This document shows positions 51,917 to 64,000 of a stretch of DNA of 64,000 nucleotides, piece after piece (positions within the stretch are counted from its first letter, which is position 1; each line of letters starts with the position of its first letter). Source of the DNA: Phoronis australis. Its lineage: Eukaryota > Animalia > Phoronida. Both the position numbers and the translations under genes were made by a program. The DNA lies in the NCBI GenBank assembly GCA_002633005.1, contig NMRA01000390.1, positions 298,355-362,354 of the forward strand, read 5' to 3'. The notes under the pieces were generated by a model. That model worked only from the letters and a program-made list of their open reading frames with translations, had not been told where the DNA came from and searched no databases.

Positions 51917-52815
51917 CAGTGGCGGATCTAGAATATCACAAGGGGGGGGGCCCAACATTTTGTCTGGTTGGAACCATTTGCGCAAACTGAACCACGATTG
52001 TAGATGCGCATAGCACCGAATGGGGGGAGGTCGGGAGGGGGGTTTGCCCCCCTCCCGCCCAGGAAATTTTTCTGTTTTTACCTCTAACAATCAAGCATTT
52101 TCCTTGATTCCTGAAGTATTATCNNNNNNNNNNNNNNNNNNNNNNNNNNNNNNNNNNNNNNNNNNNNNNNNNNNNNNNNNNNNNNNNNNNNNNNNNNNNN
52201 NNNNNNNNNNNNNNNNNNNNNNNNNNNNNNNNNNNNNNNNNNNNNNNNNNNNNNNNNNNNNNNNNNNNNNNNNNNNNNNNNNNNNNNNNNNNNNNNNNNN
52301 NNNNNNNNNNNNNNNNNNNNNNNNNNNNNNNNNNNNNNNNNNNNNNNNNNNNNNNNNNNNNNNNNNNNNNNNNNNNNNNNNNNNNNNNNNNNNNNNNNNN
52401 NNNNNNNNNNNNNNNNNNNNNNNNNNNNNNNNNNNNNNNNNNNNNNNNNNNNNNNNNNNNNNNNNNNNNNNNNNNNNNNNNNNNNNNNNNNNNNNNNNNN
52501 NNNNNNNNNNNNNNNNNNNNNNNNNNNNNNNNNNNNNNNNNNNNNNNNNNNNNNNNNNNNNNNNNNNNNNNNNNNNNNNNNNNNNNNNNNNNNNNNNNNN
52601 NNNNNNNNNNNNNNNNNNNNNNNNNNNNNNNNNNNNNNNNNNNNNNNNNNNNNNNNNNNNNNNNNNNNNNNNNNNNNNNNNNNNNNNNNNNNNNNNNNNN
52701 NNNNNNNNNNNNNNNNNNNNNNNNNNNNNNNNNNNNNNNNNNNNNNNNNNNNNNNNNNNNNNNNNNGGGGGGGGGGGGGGCCGGGCCCCCTGGGCCCCCC
52801 CTAAATCCGCCTATG
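51917..52815. mobile_element. MITE (CAGTGGCGGATCT...ATCCGCCTATG) spanning the N gap, flanked by CTTAGAT duplication
   Basis: TIR-like ends and 7-bp direct flank; G-runs; related ends at ~12780, 32274 and 41165. Confidence 0.6.
52124..52766. other. Assembly gap (N run)
   Basis: N bases. Confidence 1.
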
Positions 52816-55800
52816 CTTAGATTAGCCAACCTATTGATGCGTCAAGCTTCGTGATAAACCTGCAGTGCTCCATTTGGCAGCCTGCAGATCGCCCAGCCGA
52901 ATAGTACTTGGCGAACTGGGAAAATCCCAAGGGCGCCACGGAGTCGCCAGTGCGAGACTCAAAGTCAGACAATAGAAACCCCCAAAATTTATTTCAAAGT
53001 TTGTTGTGTCTTCAAAACTTTAAATTACGAGTAGTTTTATTAGATTTAAAAGCCTTTGCCTTCAGACACGCGCTTAAACAGCCTCGTCTCCAAGCCTGAA
53101 GATGGCGCCGATTGGTTCAGCTATTTGAGGCGGCTTGGTTAGGGGAAATCAATTGTGTTAGAATTCTGCCATTCGGAATATCAAGCAGTGATATTGAGTT
53201 ATATCACCTCTAAAATTTCCTTTAGTATGAAAAAGTTACGGTATTTATGGAGCAATTTAGGCTTAGATCGTACTTCGCAAAAGGAAACGCCACACCTCTC
53301 CGATGCCGATGACCGGTGAGGTTTCCTTCTCTCTGCGCACATACCGACTTTGCTCAGTTGTCCTCAGTGGACGAGAGGGTAGTATGTGCATATATAGTTT
53401 TAATTACCGGAAACCTTCAAATTTCGTTTTTGAAGCTCAAAAATTGGCCACGAATACAGTATTTTGAGTGTTTAAAAGTCTAATTCTCAATTTCTCCAGT
53501 TGGTACACCAATGAAGTAAACGAAAGTAGTTCTGCTTGTCGCGTCAGCTGTTGGTATCATTATCTCGATTTATGGCCCACAACGCGTGACTGGACAAAGC
53601 CTTTTCAAATTAGTGTAGATAAGCCGGTGGAGCGTGAGACCCCTGAGGTCCCAATCGAGTCCTCACGACAACTCCACGTTATGAACAGATATTCTGGAGT
53701 CGAAAGCAGATTCCCTCACATTCAGAACAGCTAACCAGTCCAAAAAACACAAAACCTGACATTTAAAACACAAGCCCCGACCTTTAAAACAGGAATTCCA
53801 GGGCCGGATCGGACAGGAGACCCGGAAATAATTTTTTCATTTTTGAGACGATGTCAATAGCCTCAAACTTTGAGTTAAACCATTTGCAAATACTTTTCAC
53901 TTGTTTTTTGTATTTGTTTGTAAGAAAATTGTCAATGATAAAACGTAGCTTAATATATTATATTGTGAATGATAAAGCGTAGCTTATATTATATTGTAAC
54001 CTCTCTCCGTGAAACACTGTAACACGATATTAACATATACAAATGTCATGTTGAAAAACTCCTGGCATGTAAGACAGTAGCTTGTCGAAAGTGGTTCTAC
54101 GGCTGGAGCTGAAAAAATATCAGAGTCCAAACTGTACCCCCGGCATCCACACAGGGCCACAGGTCGGTGATTATAAAGAATTGCCATTGTAATTGTCGGT
54201 TGTGTTGACTAATTTTGCCGAGAAACCGTTGATTGTATGGGATCTTACCTCACGAGTCTCGCTTGATGAACAATAATAACAAAATGAAAATAAAGTTATG
54301 AGATTGGGCTTGATTTGAAAACTAAAACTCTTGATCAAAATTCAGTCGAGCAGGCAGTCGCAAATTCTCAGTGTAAACTCTCACGTCTAGTTTCGGGGTC
54401 ACGAAGCATAATACAATACTTACCGTTCACGTGCAGGTGTTGGCATCCCAGGGCTGGCTTCTATGTAACAGTGCAGCGTTCCGTAAACCAACTTTCTTGC
54501 TAGAGATCATGCAAAACCACTCAAAATCACGTGAGGCTACTGAAGTGATTGGTTGATGAGGTTGAACTGCTGAATTACGTGATACAATTAATAAATTAAG
54601 GGATATAATTGTAATTCACCGCCGCAAGTGCATCTTTAATATATTGCGTCTACGGAACACACCTAAGTACCATTGTTTCACCGTGACATTATACACTTAC
54701 TTTCGGTGACAAAGAGTTGGTGCTGTGCTGCCCAAATGAGGGTGAACAACTACCCCCACGCGCAATTCGTGTTCAAATGCATAATGGAACGGTTGTCATC
54801 TCGTAAACTTCAGGTCATGTCACAGAAGACTTTCTGACTTATAAATCATGTAGTACGTCATTTGAGCATTGAAGACAAATACTCACTGTGGCGTGTGGAT
54901 TGTCACAGCTGAGAAAATGCTTCATGCGGTAACGCAACAGCAGCAGGTTTGACATGCTAGATATTTTGCTGGCACGCGAGGAAGTTACAGTTTGTGGTGA
55001 CAACATTTCCTCGCGTGTCCGACCAGTCGGGGATCGCGCGGACGCAGTCACGTGACGTCTTTATGGCAGCGCCAACATCAACATAAAATAGTCTAAAGAC
55101 ATGATGGGAAGTTTTGCAGCTGGAAGGTCATATCCATTTTCAACGTCAGATGCGTTCACTCGAGTGAAGATTTCACAGATCTTTTCGGAAAATTTTAGCA
55201 GACGTTCACCCGACGATCATAAAATTCCGCAAAAACCATTGGCCTCTGTTGACCAAAGTATTGCAAGTTTACACTAGGTGCATACGGAATGTGCCGATTA
55301 TTGACTTTTACATAATACTTATTTGATATTTTGTTGGTATTTTTCTTAAAACCATTGCTTCTAGTCCATGTTTTATTAAAGTGAAATCAATAAATTTTAC
55401 ATTACGTTCAGCGTTCGAGACGCTTAGCTAAACGCCAAGTCACATTTGGCGACCAGGCAAAAATTGCAGCTCACCAAATGAAATCTGAAGACGCTAAAAC
55501 TGAAAATCTCGGGCGCCGAAATAATTATGAGGTTTCCTATCGGGCGTAAAAGTTCATCGACGAAAACGGTTGTACCGTCACCCTCTCTCTCTTACCGTCC
55601 TCCAATTTCCCTGTAAATGCCCAATGCAGGCGTACCTTCATTATCGAGGTACACGCTATCCCTTCTCAAGTCAATGTCACCACTTAAATAGTATTTTGTA
55701 GACCTAAGGAATTCGCGAGATATCGCCATGGATTACAAGCGAAACACGTGATTACCATAGATTTACTCTCCAATTTTTTGCCTTTTTCGAACAAATGTTT

Positions 55801-56402
55801 ACGAGCTACTTGCCTAGTGTTATAGTGTTGTATTGGGTCCAGTCTACGAAGCCAGCGTGACTTCATTCGCTGTTACCCACATATCCACATGATTCCACTA
55901 CATTATCATAGTTAAAATAAAACTAAACATATTTGTGAAACGTTATGAAGGTCGGAATTTCCTTCACTTGCACTTGCGTGACGTTTGTTTTGCTTTTTGT
56001 CAACGACAAACAAATTTTCTCGTTCGTTCCCCACACATCGTTGATATGCATATCCAGCGTATGAGAAAACCCAGTTTTACGCTTTCGTTAGCAATATCGT
56101 TGTGTTCACGCGCCCTGGTTGGCTTCAGTTATGAACTTGATTGGCAAGGAAATCACATACTTCTAAAACAAAGCAACTTTATAGACAGGCATGGCGCTCA
56201 AGCAGTGTGTTTTAGTGTCAATCAAAGTCAAGTTGACTACCTGTCTTGGCAGTGAATACTCTTAACCGGGGGCTTCAGTTGTTTAACTAACAGCATTACC
56301 ACTGCCCACGTTATCGGAATACAATTATGTCTTTGCAAGTTAGGCATCTGATTTTCATATTGAGAAAATATCGTCTCATTATCATACGGTTTGTGGTGAG
56401 TT

Positions 56403-56659
56403 TATGCGCGCACCCAGGGGGCCGGGGGGGTCTCGGGGGGGGGGCTCGAATTTGGTCCGCTTCAGAGAAACGAAAAGTCCGAGAAAACGAGATAAAAAAT
56501 CTGCTAAAAAGGCGCAAACGCAGAATTCAAATTCACAGCACGTACATCTCCGATCGTGGCACTGTTTTTTGTCGACTACTCGACTGACTATTTTCTTAGT
56601 AAAAGATGCAGATCGCCAGGAATTCGAGCCCCCCATATTGAAGGCTGAGTGCGCGCATG
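56403..56659. mobile_element. MITE family CAYGCGCGCACCCAG, copy 2
   Basis: TIR; flanks GAGTT/GCGTT. Confidence 0.7.
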
Positions 56660-56829
56660 GCGTTCACGAGCTTGAGTCTCAAGTCAAACGGTTAACTTGA
56701 GTACACGAGGCACGGAATTTTCGTTGTGTTTAAACCTAATTTGAACGTACAATGACGCAATAATTTCACTAAAGAAAGTATGATTGATAGTCTTCCTCGT
56801 TAATGCGTGAGTTAAAATCATCCTTTCAG

Positions 56830-56983
56830 GTGGGATTTAAAGGTGTACGGGGGTCGGATTTTTACGGTGACTACGCCATTGATGACATCGCCATTACGGA
56901 TTGCGATGACACCTCACTGACAACGACGACGACATCGACATCTGGCGGCGGTAGTGGAGCAACCGTACCTATCAACTTTGTGG
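56830..56983 (+). CDS. MAM2 exon c plus Thr/Gly-rich linker
   Basis: VGFKGVRGSDFYGDYAIDDIAITDCDDTSLTTTTTSTSGGGSGATVPINFV; donor GTATGA, phase 1. Confidence 0.88.
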
Positions 56984-58476
56984 GTATGACTTTGCCATTA
57001 GTTATCCCGTAGTTGTAATTATAGTCGTGCAACGGCAAGCTTGTTCGATACAAACTTCATCCATTTCAGTGTGACGTTATCGTGTTCATTATTAGTAGGC
57101 TAATATTAGCTTGAGCAACGAATTTCGCGGGCGACCTGTATTTCGTAATAGAGGCTATCCCGTCAAACTTTGAGTCTGTATGGGTAGTCAGTGACATCTT
57201 GGCAATCGTCTCCATCTCATCTTCAGTTCATTGTATTCAAAATATGTCTTGAATCGACGATTTTGCACACATCAAACCAAGAACTAGTTTCTTTATTCAC
57301 TCGCTGATTGGCTTATTTTCTCAATGCTGTTCTAGATCTGACTAATCACATTTCTTCTCAAGATTAGGTATGGCTTATCTTGGAACTTGTTACTCAACCA
57401 ATTTTGACTTTAAGTAAAGCAATACTTGTTAAGCTTTCAAACGTGAACAAGATCAAATTCAGGTACATTCTGCATCTTTCAACGGATAACCTATTTTTGT
57501 ATCGATAATTCCCACAAGCTTACCTAATCTTGGTACCGATTCAACGAGCTCTGAATTCCATTTTTATTTCGATGCACCATGTTCTCACACGATCAATCAA
57601 ATAAGACAATTTCAGAACATGGCTTACTTGATCTAGCCGCAGCTGTAGGCCTACGGTTACAAACCACTACTCAGAAGGTCCACTGCTTCGAAGGCCGCCC
57701 ACTACTTCGAAAAAACTACTACTACTCCGAACTCCAAAAAAAACACTGCTTTGAAAAATCCCATGCCGCCGCTAAACATGGATCATTTGTTTTATACCAC
57801 CACCTCGAATGGCCAATACAACCGTGTAATAATCCATTTAGTAAGATAACATTTTGGCGGTAACCGAGGCCGGTTTCGAACCCGGTCCGAAAGAGTTTCG
57901 AGTCGTCGACTCTACAACCACACCACTCAGCAGCTGACGTCATCGAATGGAAAAATAGAATTCTTAAATGAGCACGCGCAATAATCTCATGTTCGACAAA
58001 GGGCATTGTACCGACATTTATACGCTTTGAAAATAAGGCGCATAATTTCCATAAATACGATATTTTAATTCAGTGAAATTTTTCTCATGTTTTCTCACTT
58101 GTAAATTACCGGTCTCCAATTTGAATGCGGATATCGTGTCGTCAGGATCCTTCGACTTGAGCATTATACTCAGTTACCAGTAGTAACCTACTTTAGCTGA
58201 CGATACTTACCCGGTCGCAGCTTAGCGTGATAAAATGTGTAGTAAGCTATAATAATTGCTAAACCTTAATTTATGGATTCACTTTATTTTTATTTTGCTT
58301 AAATTTTCAAATGGTATTGAGTAAAAGCATTATTTGACAAAAATAGCTCGGCTTTTCTGAAAAAGTCACGACCTCTGATCCCGGGACTCTGACATAGAAA
58401 GTAGTCACAAAGTCGAAGCTAGTCGAGAAAGGCAGATCGATTCATTGCAATGTTTCTCGTTCAGTATGTGGTATAA

Positions 58477-58626
58477 ATAGATTATTACATGTTCTCAGTC
58501 GTTATCCCCCTTATCTAGAGCCCTCGTGGATTTTGGAGAATTATCGCCCCGAGGGGCGATAATTCTCCAAAATCCACTCGGCCACTAGAGTACGGAGGAT
58601 AACGACTTCGCCATGTAATAATCTAT
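58477..58626. repeat. 150-bp palindromic hairpin element
   Basis: Perfect core GTGGATTTTGGAGAATTATCGCCCC-GA-GGGGCGATAATTCTCCAAAATCCAC; outer arms ATAGATTATTACATG/CATGTAATAATCTAT. Confidence 0.9.
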
Positions 58627-59638
58627 ATTTATTTAATAACATTAATATGATACGTTTTCTTTTGGTCAGCGAACTTAACTCCATATACTGTACAAAGACA
58701 GTAGAAACGACAGAAAAAATTTGGACTTCATTGTCCGAATTTTATTTCTTTGCATAGATTTTGATATTAAGTAAGCAATAACAACCCGTTCGTGAAACTG
58801 GGAGAAGACTCCTGAAGGTCGATTTTGATATGTAAATATCAAAAAATATCCCGTTGTCGATGATCCCCCCTACCTCTCACTCTTGTTTGCTTTGGTAGAG
58901 GCCTAATTCTTATTCCGTGGCTTATTACCCCGTGCATGTCACAATTTCGCTTTCAAAATTTAAATTATTCATAAAACTCAACGCGGGTTTAATTGATGTT
59001 AAAGGTTTTGTGACGATGTTATTATTGTTATTATCAACCACAATCCAATCCTTTTGTAGCATCTGTCCTGCATAACGAGTGAAAAAGATTTCCGCTTGTT
59101 TGTAACGTGTAAATTTGTAGGAAATCTACATGTTATTACATTTGCTTAATGTTAGGAAACATTAAACAAGAAAGACACCCTATTCTGAAGTATTTTTGTG
59201 CACAGTCCTTAAAATTGCGGAACAAACAAAAATTGCTCATAAGGTTAAGGAAGCAGCGGTAACGGAGAACATCGGAAGCCCCCATTTTGGGGAACCTTCA
59301 ATTCAGTATGTGGAAAATGACGAACCGTATCGAATGAGCGGGTACCATGGAATCTCCTATCTTTCGCAAGAAAACGGCCAAAGTAATCAAAAAGCAGACC
59401 ATAAATGAAGTGTAAACTTGTGCAGCTAGAAAACTAAGTGGTATAGCCTACTCTGAAATGTGACCTGGACACAGCTGAGATTTCCATGGTAAATTGAAGG
59501 TCAAGGCCAGTTTTCATTACCTGTCACTGTCAGTTTTGCGTGACAGGATGTAAACTGTGTAATAACTATGGGCGCAGATTGTTTAAACTCACCTATAGGC
59601 CTACTGTCTTGGTTGACAGTGAAAATAAACTTTTGTAG

Positions 59639-59820
59639 AGTACGGGAACACCAAAGAGTTCTACGGTTATACACATGGCGACATCTACAGTCGAGGATAT
59701 CCGGATGGTTACTCGTATAACGACTGCAAAAACCAGACTTGGAAAATCACCGTTCAGAGTGACTACGAGATACAGATACAAATAAAGGAATTCGAAACCT
59801 CCCCAAACCACGTCTTAACG
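59639..59820 (+). CDS. CUB-like domain exon a
   Basis: YGNTKEFYGYTHGDIYSRGYPDGYSYNDCKNQTWKITVQSDYEIQIQIKEFETSPNHVLT (CUB G.I.S..YP..Y...W.I.V); TTTTGTAG acceptor, GTAAGC donor; phase 1 to 0. Confidence 0.8.
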
Positions 59821-60900
59821 GTAAGCATTAACGCACGGGCCACCTTTAAACTAGATGAAGAAAAAACAGACGAACACCCATTCATCGTCAGCGCATTTTG
59901 AAAACACTGGAACTATTTACCAAGCAGATGCAGTTTTGTTGTATTTGCAGTTTTAAAGATAACCTGGTGGCTTAATTGAATTTGTTGTTTTTGTCTTGGT
60001 CCAGGTGCTTGTTTCACTAAGCTGTCGTAATTTTATGACGTTTTCTTGCATGACACAGTCTAAACGAAGACTTACGATATGTTGTAAGTTTTGGCGTAAG
60101 TCTTCATTTAGACTATGTGTAAAAACGTAAAGATGCGACATATAGTGGAAGAGGACATAGTTTTCAGATAGGCGCAATTTTCGTAATTGATTAAGGGGAA
60201 TGAAGACCTACAGGTACTAAAAATTTCAGTAATTCGTTTTCAGCCCTAGAAAACGTAAAAAAAAACGATATAGGCTCTGACCAAAGTGCTAAGCCCTGAA
60301 GTAAATAACCGATAGGCTCTGACGAAAGTTGTATGCGCTATCGTAAACAACCGATAGGCTCCGACCAAAGTTTTATGCGCTGTTGTTGCAACTTTAGTGA
60401 TGTCATAACAATTAGTTATGGTACATTGGTCACCAAGGATCGAATTTCTTGAATAGTAAGTGATTTTTAAAATTCGTGATGATGACCGAATTGTATTGTG
60501 TGCACAAAAATATTTCCCTGTTGTTCATTATCACGAGATTGCGTTTTTTTAAGAAATGCAGATTTTTCACGGAGATAGCCGTAAACACGATTTTGTTAGC
60601 AAGACACTTGCACATTCTGTTTTTTTACTTTGTTAGCCGCAAAAGCGTGTCTGGGTTTTTGTTTTTAGGCAATTTGACTGTTTTAATTTATCGTTGATTC
60701 TTTTTAATTTTCCTATTTTGCCTCCAGTTACACCTCAACAGGGATCACTGAATTAGTTACACCCGCTAAAGCAGAGCCACTTGTGGCAAAAACGTGAAAT
60801 TTACATGTCTTTAGTTACTGAAAAGTCACGTAGTTAATATTGAAATACTTTTGAAGATGGTTTAATTTCGTTTCACGATGCCCTTTTTATGGTTTCATGA

Positions 60901-61395
60901 CGGCGTTCTCCCGTTCAATGACTTTAACAGTCGTAGCGGGTTGTGAGCGTGTGATAACATCTAGCTCCTTTGTTAACTGCCAAGCACAGTCTTTTGTCTG
61001 GTATGACATCAGGCAGGCCAATTTTCTACCAGGCTTATTACAGGCCACGTGTGAACACAGTCAATTCCAGAATGAAATGGTACGTTCGGAAAGAATAGAT
61101 TGTCGGAACTTCGGTTGTAGTTGTGCGATTTTGGCGATTCAAAAACTAAACATGATCACCATTTGACGAGGATTTAAGAAATGCTACTGCTTTATGTTCA
61201 AATACGTTATAACTTAACTTTTATTTTTAATCGCACAGCCCAGTCAGCCTAGATACGATCTTATTGGAGAGCTGGCCCTCCAACCATAAATGCCAGAAGT
61301 TAATCAGTCACGTAAGATATTGCCTACAGGGGTCATCTTCCCAACTTGTTGTTGGGCTATAGAATCAACAAGTTGGGAGCAACGGGAAAACGCCG
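60901..61395 (+). mobile_element. PIF/Harbinger-like MITE
   Basis: 15-bp TIR CGGCGTT(C/T)TCCCGTT; flanks TGA/TAA; second copy at 35094-35529. Confidence 0.7.
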
Positions 61396-62471
61396 TAATG
61401 TAACGGCTTTGGGTATATTGCCAGATTTACCGAATTTCGTTGGCGTTTTTTTATAATTTTGAGTACCCCAGAGTTTACCGTTTTGGCTTATCACGTTTTG
61501 TTTTCGTGCCCCTCACGTTTTCCATGAAATAAGACAGAGTTAGGTTGTCAAACATCGTCAAATAAGAATGCTCATTAAAACCTCCTCAAAAGAGCGCCGA
61601 TTTCAAGATAGTGACTACACCGCTGCATTTCCCTAGATGGAGATTTTGCAATTTTCTTGGGATTGCGAAATACGTGAAGCTGATGAGCATAATCTAAGAT
61701 GCGAAGTTTTCTATCAAATCAATTCAAATTTGCCGTTTGAATTAAGTCACGTGGACTGGCCGGGCTCCAAATCTTTTTGCTTGAGATAGAGCGCGAACTT
61801 ATTTTCGTCAATTTTCGTTCTTCTTTTTTGCAAATGCAAGATAAGTGCCTTTTATTCAGTGCTCAAATACGTTATGGTCTATGCAAATGAGATTCTAGTC
61901 CACGTTCGTACTTTATGATGCCTCGATTCGAATTAAAAACTCCAGTAAAACTTGAGATTTTGAGTAAAAAGTCGATATTTCAAGTTCAGACTCCATTTTC
62001 TATCCTTATTGTTGAGGCTGTTCAGTAAGAACTAGGATTAGGCAATTATGAACGTATGCCGTTACGCACTCAGCGCAGAATAATAGACACTTATCTTGAG
62101 TTGCGCAAAAGTACAACAGAAAATGTGAAAAAAATGCGAAAAAAGATTAGACTGTGGAGCGTAATGTGTACACTTGGATTTGCATATTGTTTAATATGAT
62201 GTCAAATTGATGAATTAGTCAATGTCATAAAACAATGACTACCTTTTTTTTCTGGGAAACGGTGTCAAACACCCTTGAAGTAGTTTAGGCGGAGTATTCC
62301 ACATTAAATTATCTCACATTTTTCCTGCAATGTACTCTGTGTGAAGGCATCTGCCACAGACATCTATCGCACGTTGCTAATATTACCCTAAAAGTTGTTT
62401 ACGTGTAATAAATTCGTTGAATTTCTAAGTCATTGGACAAACTATAAGAAGAATCCTAAGTCAACATGAAT

Positions 62472-62749
62472 TGTCATGACGTTGGTTTAACTTGTACACC
62501 AACACTGTCATGACATGTTTGCTTAACTTGTACACCACGACTGTCATGACATGTTTGCATAACTTGTACACCACGACTGTCATGACATGTTTGCATAACT
62601 TGTACACCACGACTGTCATGACATGTTTGCATAACTTGTACACCACGACTGTCATGACATGTTTGCATAACTTGTACACCAACACTGTCATGACATGTTT
62701 GCTTAACTTGTACACCACGACTGTCACGACATGTTTGCTTAACTTGTAC
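62472..62749. repeat. 36-bp minisatellite (~7.5 copies) with internal palindrome TGTCATGACA
   Basis: Directly visible. Confidence 0.95.
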
Positions 62750-62939
62750 AAAACAGTTGTCGTTTCTCCAATGATTAAGAAATAGCAGTAATCGTGGAAA
62801 AATCGACCAGCAGTTGAGTTGAAGGGATTTGTCTGTTGAATTGTTGGTTAAAGTATTCGTTAGTTTGTCTTGACACCTTTGAACACCGCCACATTTAAGT
62901 GATCCGATACATTCTATCCTTTACTGTTCTCACCTGAAG

Positions 62940-63216
62940 CTCTACGACATGACGAGGAACTCCATTCAGACTCTCTACAGTTACTGGAAAGTGACGTCAT
63001 TCTCGGGGCGCAATTTCACAAGTTCCGTTCTCGATACCAACACTCACCAGTTGTACCTCAACTTCACTTGTAAAAAGAACTACTACTACTACAACTACAA
63101 CTACAATGACAATTACAAGGGGTTTCACTTATCGTGGTTTTTGCACGATAGCATGGGAAATGAAGTGTTCAAGTCAAATGAAGCACCGGGATCGAGCGCC
63201 CCTTTGTCCCGCTCAG
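62940..63216 (+). CDS. CUB-like domain exon b plus juxtamembrane stalk
   Basis: LYDMTRN...TSFSGRNF...TNTHQLYLNFTCKKNYYYYNYNYNDNYKGFHLSW (CUB YD..F.G...L.L.F....KGF); AAG acceptor, GTTTGT donor; phase 0 to 1. Confidence 0.78.
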
Positions 63217-63362
63217 GTTTGTACATATGTAACTGCTGAATTATATAGTTCTGGCGTTGAAAGTTTGATTCAACCTTGCTGCCATCCTCCATCTTGGGTT
63301 CTGGGTGAATTATAGCGACGGTCACCTAACATTGTTGAATACCATAAACACGTGTGCGTTTG

Positions 63363-63603
63363 CACGCGCGCACTCGGGTGGGGGGGGGGTTCGGGGTAGG
63401 GACGAAGTTGGAAAAAGGTCCGCCTCAGAAAAACAAAAAGTCCGAGAAAACGAGACTAAAGTCCACTAAAAAGGCATAAACGCGCAATTCACAGCTCCTA
63501 ACGTGGTACCCCGTTTTTTCAGTCCTCTCGCTTTTTTGTTTGTAAAAGGTCCAAGTCGTCGGAAATTCCAGCCTCCCCATATTAAAGGCTGGGTGCGCTC
63601 ATG
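63363..63603. mobile_element. MITE family CAYGCGCGCACCCAG, copy 3, TSD GTTTG
   Basis: TIR plus exact 5-bp TSD. Confidence 0.75.
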
Positions 63604-63774
63604 GTTTGTAATAAATGATTATTAATGCGTTTTTGCATGAACATCAGATAATTACAACTTATGGAACTTTATTTTTCATTAGCCGGAAAATGTTATCAAT
63701 CAGCCAAAAGTCTTCTAAACATATAGTAGTGAGTACAAGTTCTTATTGTTTTTATTTTTCCATTATTTTTGTAG

Positions 63775-64000
63775 TTTACATCGGAATTGGTGTCGGAGCA
63801 GGGCTTCTAGTTGTTCTACTGGCGGTCACCTGTTGTTGTTGCTGCTTTTGTAATCAGAAAACAACAGTATCATCTTCAACTCATACTGCTAATGGCACTG
63901 ACACAGGCTCCCGCGGTCAAGGCTATATCAACCAGTCCTATTCTTCTGGTCAACAGATGGCTATGCAAGCGGTATACCCAACCGCTAACTATGAGCGGCC
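63775..64000 (+). CDS. Transmembrane and cytoplasmic exon of the MAM-MAM-CUB protein (runs off the window)
   Basis: VYIGIGVGAGLLVVLLAVTCCCCCFCNQKTT...GQGYINQSYSSGQQMAMQAVYPTANYERP; strong polypyrimidine acceptor, phase 1. Confidence 0.85.

Noticed and set aside
62461-62785. Repetitive ORFs on both strands; CRISPR-like periodicity
   Set aside because: A 36-bp minisatellite without unique spacers, in a eukaryotic intron; open frames follow from unit length

Overview
Eukaryotic, AT-rich, intron-rich animal DNA. It is probably a bilaterian marine invertebrate in a heterozygous draft assembly, given the single-N contig joins and two N gaps. Three spliced genes can be reconstructed by hand with phase-consistent GT-AG junctions. 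(1) The 5' six coding exons of a DENND5/Rab6IP1 orthologue lie on the minus strand (11405 to 308, continuing out of the window). (2) Head-to-head with it is a complete HINT2-like histidine-triad gene with a predicted mitochondrial presequence (11721-35833); its exons 2 and 3 each appear twice, most likely as co-assembled haplotypes. (3) A type I membrane protein (signal peptide-MAM-MAM-CUB-TM-Cys cluster-cytoplasmic tail) with atypical cysteine patterns runs from ~44021 to the window end. The introns hold many non-autonomous DNA transposons. The most unusual observations are a 110-codon PHD-finger-like pseudo-ORF followed directly by two tandem histone-mRNA-type 3' stem-loops (30849-31248, minus strand), and Helentron-like elements carrying co-oriented arrays of CTCF-consensus motifs spaced about 150 bp apart.
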